A stretch of 32,022 nucleotides of DNA. Source: Nitrospiraceae bacterium (GTDB taxonomy: Bacteria > Nitrospirota > Nitrospiria > Nitrospirales > Nitrospiraceae). Positions within the stretch are counted from its first letter, which is position 1. Each line of letters opens with the position of its first letter. The DNA lies in the NCBI GenBank assembly GCA_037442105.1, contig JBBIQV010000036.1:1-32022 (forward strand). The letters run 5' to 3'. Positions 24,546-32,022 of this stretch are shown here, one piece after another. The notes beneath the pieces were generated by a model, which saw only the letters and a program-made list of their open reading frames with translations, was not told the origin of the DNA and made no database searches. Position numbers and translations under genes: made by a program.

Positions 24546-26429
24546 ATGAAGATCGTCATCGGGCTCGGTGTCGTCATCGTCCTCTTGGTCGGACTTGTCC
24601 TTCTGCTCCCCTTCCTCATCGATCTGAACAAGTACCAGGACCAATACCGACCGATCATCGAGGACGCGCTGAATCGGAAGATTGCCCTGCAGGACATTCG
24701 GCTGACCATGTGGCCGCGCTTCGGTGTTCGCGTGGCCGGGTTCACCGTCATGGATGATCCGGTCTTTGCTGCGGGTCCCTTTGCATCGCTCACCTCGCTG
24801 GATGTCGGCGTCAAGCTGCTGCCGCTGCTCAGGAAGCGCGTCGAGGTCGAAGAGGTCACCCTGCACGACCCGGTGATCACCGTTATCAAGAACGAGGACG
24901 GAGTCATGAACGTCTCCACAATCGGCCCGAAAGGGCCGGCTCCATCGAAGCCCCGGCAGCCGGACGCGCCGCCGGCTCAGCCGAGCGGGAGCCCCCTGCA
25001 GGCATTGGCCCTTCTCGCGGTCGATCGGGTCTCGATCACCGGCGGTCAACTGACCTACCGCGATCACTCGACTCCCAAGCCGACGGAGTACCAGGTGCAG
25101 AACCTCAAATTTCTGCTGAAGTCTGTGCACCTAGGTGAGACGCCCACGCTGCACCTGGAAGCGACCGTCCAGCCCCTTAATCTGCCGGTTGAGCTCGACG
25201 GCTCGTTCGGGCCCATGGTTGAGACCCTCGATCTGCAGCGTTTCAACTTCACGCTCGGGCTCGGAAAAATAGCGCTGGCCCTGACCGGCAGCGCGGTCGG
25301 CGGTAAACTGAATGCCACCCTCTCGTCTCCCCTAATCGATACGAAGGACCTGCCGATCTCGCTCCCGTTGACCAAACCGGTTCAAGTCACAGACCTCCAC
25401 GCCACCGTCAAAGCAAGCTATCCACCGAAAGCCGGCAGCCCGCCCTTGGAACTGGCGGATGTCACGGATCTGGGATTAGCCGTGACACTTGGCAGTTCTG
25501 TCCTCAACGTCAAAGGAACCGTCCTGAGCGGCCACGCAAAAGTGAGCGCCACGTCGCCGGTCCTGAACAGCGCTGACGTACCGGCCACCTTGCCGTTAAA
25601 AAAACCGGTCGAGGTGAAGGACTTCCATGTCGCCGCTGAACTCGAAGACCAGGAAGCACGGGTGACCACCCTGTCGTTCCAGGTGTTCAATGGGCAGGCC
25701 AATGCCAACGCCACTCTGTCACTGGCATCGCCCGCGCCGCCCTTTTCGAGCAAGATCACGATCCAAGGACTCCAATTAGGTCCTGCTTTGGAAGCTCTCG
25801 GCACCGATCAAGTGAACGTGAGTGGCGCAGCCTCCGCGGACCTGGCGCTGCACGGCCGAGGATTCTCCATGCCGGACATTACCCGCGCCCTCGAAGGGGT
25901 CGGGCATATCTCCGTGAAGGACGGCAAGCTCGAAGGGGTGAACTTGTTGCAGGAGGCAACTGCTCTCCTCAAGGCGGTAGGGGTTGCTACAGACAGCGCG
26001 AAGGTCACCGCGTTTTCGACGATCGAAACCGACGTGGCGATCAAGAACGGGATCATCAGCATTCAGCGGCTCCTCATGGAGAGCCATGACTTTCAGGTGA
26101 CTGGCGCCGGCACGGTCGGCTTCGACCAGACGCTCAATCTCAAAACGAACCTGAACCTCTCGCAGGCACTCAGTCAAAAAATCGCCGGGGCGTCCCCGGT
26201 CGCCAAGCTGGCCTTGAAGGATGGTCGCCTCTTTCTCCCGCTTTCTATCACCGGAACCGCGCAGGCCCCCGTATATGGTTTGGATTCGAAAGCCTTGATG
26301 GGGAAGGTGCAGGAGCAGATCAAGGAAAAGGTGAAAGGAGCGGTCGGCGAGGTGCTCAAAGGACACGCCAAGCCGGAAGAACTCAAACAGAAGGGGCAGG
26401 ACCTGTTGAAAGGTCTCTTCGGTCGATAA
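24546..26429 (+). CDS. AsmA-family (bridge-like) periplasmic protein
   Basis: N-terminal TM anchor followed by 'PFLIDLNKY...IEDALNRKI', 'VKLLPLL...VEVEEVTL..P.I', beta-rich body and AsmA-like C-terminus (G.GTVGFD...LPLSITGT..AP). Confidence 0.85.
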   Translation: MKIVIGLGVVIVLLVGLVLLLPFLIDLNKYQDQYRPIIEDALNRKIALQDIRLTMWPRFGVRVAGFTVMDDPVFAAGPFASLTSLDVGVKLLPLLRKRVEVEEVTLHDPVITVIKNEDGVMNVSTIGPKGPAPSKPRQPDAPPAQPSGSPLQALALLAVDRVSITGGQLTYRDHSTPKPTEYQVQNLKFLLKSVHLGETPTLHLEATVQPLNLPVELDGSFGPMVETLDLQRFNFTLGLGKIALALTGSAVGGKLNATLSSPLIDTKDLPISLPLTKPVQVTDLHATVKASYPPKAGSPPLELADVTDLGLAVTLGSSVLNVKGTVLSGHAKVSATSPVLNSADVPATLPLKKPVEVKDFHVAAELEDQEARVTTLSFQVFNGQANANATLSLASPAPPFSSKITIQGLQLGPALEALGTDQVNVSGAASADLALHGRGFSMPDITRALEGVGHISVKDGKLEGVNLLQEATALLKAVGVATDSAKVTAFSTIETDVAIKNGIISIQRLLMESHDFQVTGAGTVGFDQTLNLKTNLNLSQALSQKIAGASPVAKLALKDGRLFLPLSITGTAQAPVYGLDSKALMGKVQEQIKEKVKGAVGEVLKGHAKPEELKQKGQDLLKGLFGR

Positions 26430-26443
26430 GCGAGGAGCGACCT

Positions 26444-27244
26444 ATGCTGGCACCGGATGTCGCGATGGAACTGATCGTTCGCTACGGTTTCAAGGTGCTC
26501 GGGGCTGTGGTGATCCTCGCCATCGGCACCGTCGTCGCACGGTCGGTCGGAAAGTTTGCCCAACAGTGGCTGGACCGCCAGGAGATGGAACCGCCGGTTC
26601 GTCTGTTGCTGGTCCGCCTAGTCAAGGGAATCGTCCTGCTCTTCGCACTGCTGGCCGCCCTCGACCAGATCGGGGTGCAGATCGCCCCGCTTATCGCCGG
26701 GATCGGCGTGGCCGGGCTCGGCATCGGCATCGCGCTTCAGGGTGTGCTCAGCAACGTCATGGCGGGACTCTCGATCATCTTCACCAAACCATACCGCGTC
26801 GGGGAACACATTTCGCTCCTAGGCGTCCACGGCGATGTGGTGAAGATCGACATCTTTACGACCACCTTGGTGCACCCCGACCGATCCCGCGTCGTGATTC
26901 CGAATCGGAAGATCGTCGGGGAAATCCTGCACAACTTCGGCACGATCCGCCAGCTCCATCTGTCCGTGGGCGTGTCCTACAAGACCGATCTCACTCAGGC
27001 GCTGGCCCTCGTCCGCGACATCCTGGCCCAGAATCCCCGCGTGCTCAAAGACCCCGTCCCGGTGGTCGGCATTTCGCAGTTAGGAGATTCCGCCGTCACG
27101 CTCACGATCGAGCCCTGGACGTCGGTCGCTTCCTACGTCGCGGTCCAGGCCGAGTTGAACCAAGCAATCATCGAACGGTTCCGCGCTGCCCAGATCGAAA
27201 TCCCCTTCCCCCAACACGAAGTCCGCTTGCTCTCGACACCCTGA
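26444..27244 (+). CDS. mscS: Small-conductance mechanosensitive channel
   Basis: Three TM helices; 'AGIGVAGLGIGIALQG.LSN..AG' pore helix; KPYRVGE; IPN; IEIPFPQ. Confidence 0.92.
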   Translation: MLAPDVAMELIVRYGFKVLGAVVILAIGTVVARSVGKFAQQWLDRQEMEPPVRLLLVRLVKGIVLLFALLAALDQIGVQIAPLIAGIGVAGLGIGIALQGVLSNVMAGLSIIFTKPYRVGEHISLLGVHGDVVKIDIFTTTLVHPDRSRVVIPNRKIVGEILHNFGTIRQLHLSVGVSYKTDLTQALALVRDILAQNPRVLKDPVPVVGISQLGDSAVTLTIEPWTSVASYVAVQAELNQAIIERFRAAQIEIPFPQHEVRLLSTP

Positions 27245-27320
27245 GGGTTCGCCGAACTCCGAGGCGCATGGATTCCATGACTTGATCATGGTTCGCACAC
27301 GCAAAAAGGGAGACGAACGA

Positions 27321-28400
27321 ATGAGAACGGGGTTCTGGTCTACCATCACCTTGGGGCTCATCATCGGTCTGACTGGTCTTTCGTACGCGGGAGAGGGACC
27401 GGCCGTCGATGTCGTGACGCTGAAAGATGGGAGCATCATCTACGGCGAAGTCGTCGAGGTGTCCGGCGGCATGTTGCACCTTAAGAGCCCGGCTGCCGGG
27501 GACCTCATCAAAGTGAAGTGGGCCGAAGTCGCCAAACTGAAAGTCACACATCCGCTTCCCTTTCATCTGAAAGAGGGCAATGTGCTGATCGGGACCGCCG
27601 AGGAAGGCGAGGCCGGCACGATGCTGTTCAAGGCGGTGCCTCTGCAAGGGACGATGACGGTGCCCCTCGACTCGGTCGTCTCCGTGAATCCGCTGATTCG
27701 GCCGCCGGTCGTCTATGCCGGCAGCCTCCAGGCAGGCTATTCCCAGGCTTCGGGCAACAGCCACCTCCGGAACGCGAGCCTCATCGGCGAATTCACCGGC
27801 CGCAGCGAGTCGCTGCGGCTCACGATTCTCGGCCGGTACATCTATGGAGACGATGCGGGAAGGCTGCTGGTCCGCAACAGTCGCGGCACGATCAAACTCG
27901 ACTTCTTCATCACGAAACGGTTCTACTGGTTCGCCTCCTCCTACTTCGAGCAAGATACCTTTCAGGACCTCAAGCTCCGGACCTCCCTCGCCTCCGGCCC
28001 CGGCTACCAATTCATCGAACAGGGAGACTTCGCGGGTGCCTGGCTGAAAGACATGACGCTCTACGCGGAAGCCGGCGCCTCCTACTTCAATGAAGACTTC
28101 AAGGTGGCCCCGGATAAAACCTCCTTCCGCGGACGCTGGTCGATTAAATGGAACTGGCCGATCTTGGACGACAAGATCACGCTCTATCACTTCCAGGAAG
28201 GATTCCCCTCGCTCCAGAACACGAGCGATGTCTACATCACCGCCGACACCGGCGCCCGGTTCAAGATCTGGCAAGGGTTCGTGACCGGATTCCAATGGAC
28301 CCTGCGCTACAACAGCCGGCCGGCCGCCGGCACCAAAGACACGGACAATCTGTACCTGCTCACGCTGGGGTACAGCTTCGATACGAGCCTCAGGCGCTGA
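27321..28400 (+). CDS. DUF481/YdiY-like outer-membrane beta-barrel with an N-terminal periplasmic domain
   Basis: Signal peptide (LSYA), 'DVVTLKDGS.I.G' N-domain, SGNS, 'EQDTFQDLKLR...GPGYQF', terminal strand LTLGYSF. Confidence 0.8.
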   Translation: MRTGFWSTITLGLIIGLTGLSYAGEGPAVDVVTLKDGSIIYGEVVEVSGGMLHLKSPAAGDLIKVKWAEVAKLKVTHPLPFHLKEGNVLIGTAEEGEAGTMLFKAVPLQGTMTVPLDSVVSVNPLIRPPVVYAGSLQAGYSQASGNSHLRNASLIGEFTGRSESLRLTILGRYIYGDDAGRLLVRNSRGTIKLDFFITKRFYWFASSYFEQDTFQDLKLRTSLASGPGYQFIEQGDFAGAWLKDMTLYAEAGASYFNEDFKVAPDKTSFRGRWSIKWNWPILDDKITLYHFQEGFPSLQNTSDVYITADTGARFKIWQGFVTGFQWTLRYNSRPAAGTKDTDNLYLLTLGYSFDTSLRR

Positions 28401-28439
28401 GGCTCACTGCCATGCACCCTCTCTCAAGGAGGAGAGACC

Positions 28440-28856
28440 ATGCTGAAGGAATTTCGAGAATTCGCCATGAAGGGCCATGTGCTCGACATGGCGATCGGGG
28501 TCATCATCGGCGGGGCATTCGGGAAGATCGTGTCGTCGATGGTCAGCGATGTGCTCATGCCGCCCATCGGATTGATGATGGGCAAAGTCGACTTCTCCAG
28601 CCTCTTTGTGAACCTCTCCGGCACCCCGCAACCGTCGTTGGCTGCGGCAAAGGCGGCGGGGACTCCGACGCTCAACTACGGAGTCTTCCTGCAGTCCGTG
28701 TTCGACTTCATCATCATCGCGTTCGTGATTTTTCTGTTGGTGAAGCAGGTCAACCGGTTCAAGAAAGAAACGCCGCCCGGCCCCCCGCCAGGTCCATCGA
28801 AAGAAGAAGCCCTGTTGGCGGAAATCCGGGATGTGTTGAGACAGCAGCGGTCTTGA
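28440..28856 (+). CDS. mscL: Large-conductance mechanosensitive channel
   Basis: [43 protein letters not shown]. Confidence 0.97.
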   Translation: MLKEFREFAMKGHVLDMAIGVIIGGAFGKIVSSMVSDVLMPPIGLMMGKVDFSSLFVNLSGTPQPSLAAAKAAGTPTLNYGVFLQSVFDFIIIAFVIFLLVKQVNRFKKETPPGPPPGPSKEEALLAEIRDVLRQQRS

Positions 28857-28912
28857 GGTATTCGCGCGGACGGGCGGTCAGAGGTGAACGAATGACTCGA
28901 AAGGAGCGACCC

Positions 28913-30298
28913 ATGAGTGATCGATGGATGAGTGCCACAGTTCTCCCGACTTTCTTGCTGGCCGGGTGTGTAGCAACCCAGCAGGCCGACGCGCCCAACG
29001 ACACGGTGAGCCGTGCCTTGAACGAAATGAAGGCCACGCCCAAGTCGCTGCCTCCCCCGGCCGATCCCCGTGATGCCCGCATGGCCGACCTTGAGCGCCG
29101 CTTGGCCGACCGAGAGGCGGAGCTGGCGAAGCTCCGCGGCGCAGCCGGCGACTTGTCGGATGCCAACCGCCGCATCACCGATCTCGATCGGCAGTTGGCC
29201 GATCGGGATCGCGAACTGGCGGCGTTGCGCAGCAGCGCGGGCGATGCTTCTGTGCTGGCGGGCAAACTCCCCACGGCGACGGGCGATCTGGATCAAGCTA
29301 AGCAGCGGCTTGGCGAGTTGGAGCGGCAACTGGCCGAACGCGACGAGGACCTTGGCCGTCTTCGCAGTATGGCGAGCGAGCGGGATAGCCTGGCCGGCCA
29401 GCTCAACGCCTCCTCCAGCCGCACTCGCGACCTCGAAGGTCAGCTAGCCGCCTTGCGGGGTAGCGCCGGGGACGCTTCCAAGCTCGCTACCGACCTGTCG
29501 GCGGCGAAGCAGGAAAATGCCTCGTTGGCGGCGCACCTCGCATCGCTACAGGCCGGCATGCAAGCTGGTGCCGGAGACAAGGATCGGCTGGCAGAGGAAC
29601 TCGCGGCGGCAAAACAGCGAGCCGCTGCGCTGGAGGAGGCGCAACTCGCCGGGCTGCAAGGTGCCAGCGGGGACAAGGACAAGCTCGCCGCGGAACTCGC
29701 TGCAGCCGAACAGCGGATCGCCGAGCTGGAACGGCAACTGGCCGATCGGGACGCGGAACTGGCCAAGCTCCGCGGCAATCTCTCGGACGAAGAAAGGGAA
29801 TTGGCTCGTCTGAAGGGCGAACTTTCGGCCGAGATGGCGAAGCTCAAGGGCGCCGAGCGAGGATTGGTCAAGGCCCTGAAGCCGGAAATCGACAAGGGCA
29901 ACATCACGGTAGATCTGAACAACGAGCGGTTGCTGATTAACCTGGCGTCGGCCTATCTGTTCGGTCTGGGTGAAGATCAGCTCAAGCCGGCAGGCGTTGA
30001 CGCGTTGAAGCGTGTCGGGACGATCCTCAAAGATTACCCCGAGTACAACACCGATGTCGCCGGGCACACGGATAACCTCAAAATTCGTAGCTCGCTGAAA
30101 AAGCGGTTCCCCACGAACAAGGAACTCTCGCAAGCTCGCGCGGCCAGCGCGGTGACAGCGCTGACGGATGGCGGCATGGCGGCCGGCAGCATCAAGTCCG
30201 CCGGTTATGCCGATACGAAGCCGGTGGCTCCAAACGGCACGGATGCAGGCCGGCAGAAGAATCGCCGCGTCGAGGTACGCGTGACGCCGAAGTCGTAA
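28913..30298 (+). CDS. Lipoprotein with long repetitive coiled coil and C-terminal OmpA/MotB-type peptidoglycan-binding domain
   Basis: AAGGAG SD before ATG 28913; lipobox LAGC; ~265-aa coiled coil with repeated LERxLADRxxELAxLR; GHTD...N.ELSQARA, GYADTKPVAPN, NRRVEV. Confidence 0.88.
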   Translation: MSDRWMSATVLPTFLLAGCVATQQADAPNDTVSRALNEMKATPKSLPPPADPRDARMADLERRLADREAELAKLRGAAGDLSDANRRITDLDRQLADRDRELAALRSSAGDASVLAGKLPTATGDLDQAKQRLGELERQLAERDEDLGRLRSMASERDSLAGQLNASSSRTRDLEGQLAALRGSAGDASKLATDLSAAKQENASLAAHLASLQAGMQAGAGDKDRLAEELAAAKQRAAALEEAQLAGLQGASGDKDKLAAELAAAEQRIAELERQLADRDAELAKLRGNLSDEERELARLKGELSAEMAKLKGAERGLVKALKPEIDKGNITVDLNNERLLINLASAYLFGLGEDQLKPAGVDALKRVGTILKDYPEYNTDVAGHTDNLKIRSSLKKRFPTNKELSQARAASAVTALTDGGMAAGSIKSAGYADTKPVAPNGTDAGRQKNRRVEVRVTPKS

Positions 30299-30314
30299 TC
30301 TTTTTGCAGGAACG

Positions 30315-30340
30315 CCGGAGCGCGCGGGTGCGCGTTCCGG
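30315..30340 (+). terminator. GC-rich hairpin after the OmpA-domain gene
   Basis: CCGGAGCGCGC-GGGT-GCGCGTTCCGG stem; no clear U-tract. Confidence 0.4.
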
Positions 30341-30419
30341 TCTCCTCATCTCATCGCGATCGTGACAGGAGAGAGCCTTGTGCCATCGTCCCTTTCATGA
30401 GGAGGCAACCGATAATACG

Positions 30420-30660
30420 ATGCCGGGCGCTCTGCTGGCAATCATTCCCGCGTAGGCGTTGGAACTAACCATGTCCGCCTTTGCGGTTACCTGGACGTCG
30501 TGAGAAAGAAGGCCGAAACGGCGATGGGTTACGCCGGGAATATCAAGAAAGAAGGCGGCGAAGCGAAACAGAACGTGAAAGAAATGAAAGCGCTAGAAGC
30601 GATGACAAACGCCGGCGAGATGAAGGACGAAGGTAAGAAGTTGAAAAACGTGCTGGGCAG
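30420..30660 (+). pseudogene. Probable decayed small secreted helical protein gene
   Basis: GAGGAGG upstream; MPGALLAIIPA*ALELTMSAFA looks like a signal peptide with an in-frame TAG; a shifted frame continues GYLDVVRKKAETAMG...EMKDEGKKLKNVLG. The end is approximate. Confidence 0.4.
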
Positions 30661-30724
30661 GAAGCGACCTGAAGAGCGACCTGTCCGAAAACATCGTGGA
30701 ACTTGGCGAGGCGGTAGGAGAAGA

Positions 30725-31801
30725 TCAGCTGTACTGATCCCAGGTATCGCACTGTTTGATGGCCCAGAAGACCGCCTCCTTCAGCTTCTTCAACTGCTGG
30801 TTTTCGGGATCGCGAATGGCCTGCAATTTCTTATCGAGATCATAGAGGGGCTGAATAGACCGCTTATCGGGGACCTTCCCCAATGCCCATGCGACTTCGG
30901 TCAGAACCGTCCAATCGGTATCCGGCTTCTGAAGCTTTGCTAGTAGCGACGGCACGACAGAGGTGTCTGCATGGGTCCCGCCGAGCTGCCCCAATCCCTT
31001 GGCAGCAGCCGCTTGCAGTTCCAACTGCGGAGAATTTGTGAGGATATCGATCAGGACCGGAATACCGTCCTTGCCCAGGTTGCCCAAAGCAACCGCCGCC
31101 TGCTTTGCCAGATCGCGGTCCTGGAGCACCTGCTTGAGTTTCGTGAGCGCTTCATCGGCTTGCATCTCACCAAGCACCGAGATGATTCTGAGCTTCCGAA
31201 GCTGGTTGGTATCGGATGCGTCCAGAAGCTTGAGCAGTCTATCCGGTTGTCCCCACTCAGCCGAGACGAACACGGGGAAATCATATTGCTCGAGTTTCTC
31301 CTTGAGTTTCGCCATCGCATAGGCTCCGGCCTCACCAGCATTGGTTGCCTGAGCTGCTTGCACCGCATCCTCAAAATCGGTTCGGACCTCCTTCTGCCAC
31401 TTGATCTTCATGCCTCCGAGCAGGTAGGTGAGCTGACAGGCCGGCCCTTTCCATAGCCGCGACGGAGCGTCAGGCAGGTCGGCATCTCCACCGGCAGCGG
31501 TCGTCCCTTCCCAAGTTTTTCGTTGCTCACATTTCACCTTGAATGCCACATCGTGCAGCTTCGCGTTCTCAGTCACAATCGTATACCCGAGTTCAGCCAA
31601 GCGACGCGAAATAGTCTCTGAGATTGGACCGGCGTCGACGGCGCCCTTGTCCGTGAGGGTGATCGTTTCAACCAGCACGGTTTGAATCCTCGCGAGCTGG
31701 GCTTTCTGTTCCGGGGTGAAATAATCGCGATAGGCCCAGACCGGGGCCGTCAGTGTCATCGTGAATGTGAGGGTGGTAAAAAGAACTCCGCCTCGTGTCA
31801 T
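30725..31801 (-). CDS. Secreted HEAT/PBS-lyase-repeat protein
   Basis: Signal peptide ending APVWA; C-terminal HEAT repeats (AAVALGNLG, AAAKGLGQLG, VAWALGKV); AAGGAGG SD. Confidence 0.8.
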   Translation of the reverse strand: MTRGGVLFTTLTFTMTLTAPVWAYRDYFTPEQKAQLARIQTVLVETITLTDKGAVDAGPISETISRRLAELGYTIVTENAKLHDVAFKVKCEQRKTWEGTTAAGGDADLPDAPSRLWKGPACQLTYLLGGMKIKWQKEVRTDFEDAVQAAQATNAGEAGAYAMAKLKEKLEQYDFPVFVSAEWGQPDRLLKLLDASDTNQLRKLRIISVLGEMQADEALTKLKQVLQDRDLAKQAAVALGNLGKDGIPVLIDILTNSPQLELQAAAAKGLGQLGGTHADTSVVPSLLAKLQKPDTDWTVLTEVAWALGKVPDKRSIQPLYDLDKKLQAIRDPENQQLKKLKEAVFWAIKQCDTWDQYS

Positions 31802-32022
31802 TTTGCACCTCCTTGCTGGTGCGTACCTCCTTGCTCAGATGTGACGATGCCAGAAAGGATGAAGCGCATGTTTGTTGCCCTTATTATTTGCTTCAGAATT
31901 AGTACTATTATGTCATGGCCGTGCGCCATGCCATCGCAATGATGTCTCGCATGGACTCACAATCTCGCAGAGTAGATCTAGGGATGAATTGCAAACATTA
32001 TACCCTGCTCCCAAATATGACG

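Noticed and set aside
28148..28912. N-terminal extension of the 716-aa ORF
   Set aside because: It overlaps the DUF481 gene and mscL in another frame; the true start is ATG 28913, with an SD and lipobox.

Overview
Bacterial chromosomal window, probably Nitrospirota/Nitrospira-like (inferred from gene content and order, not from a search). The housekeeping backbone is: 3' part of initiator tRNA-Met, a PilZ protein, a coiled-coil/HARE-HTH gene, lpxC, a NarL-type two-component pair, nrdR-glyA-rplI, M28 peptidase-argB-hslU-hslV-xerC-trmFO, tRNA-Val(CAC), two lipoproteins, dksA, recR-ybaB-dnaX, SRP RNA, tRNA-Ser(GGA), an envelope cluster (AsmA-like, mscS, DUF481 barrel, mscL, long coiled-coil OmpA/MotB-type lipoprotein) and a HEAT-repeat protein. 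Several signals are missing from the ORF track. (1) A ~5 kb integrase-less defence slot lies between the M28 peptidase and rplI. It holds a fused type IIG R-M gene and a RelE/ParE toxin-antitoxin pair plus scars: a colinear, diverged copy of the last 50 codons of the M28 gene with a 25-bp identical core, an hsdS 3'-end relic and a truncated gene start. (2) A 12-codon lysine-rich ORF (MATKKAAKKKKK) has a strong Shine-Dalgarno and a 14-bp hairpin behind the HARE-HTH gene. (3) A soluble histidine kinase has a Rossmann fold as its only input domain. (4) A canonical sigma-54 promoter lies upstream of lpxC. (5) There is a 92-bp element with perfect 21-bp terminal inverted repeats, plus several heptamer-repeat hairpins.
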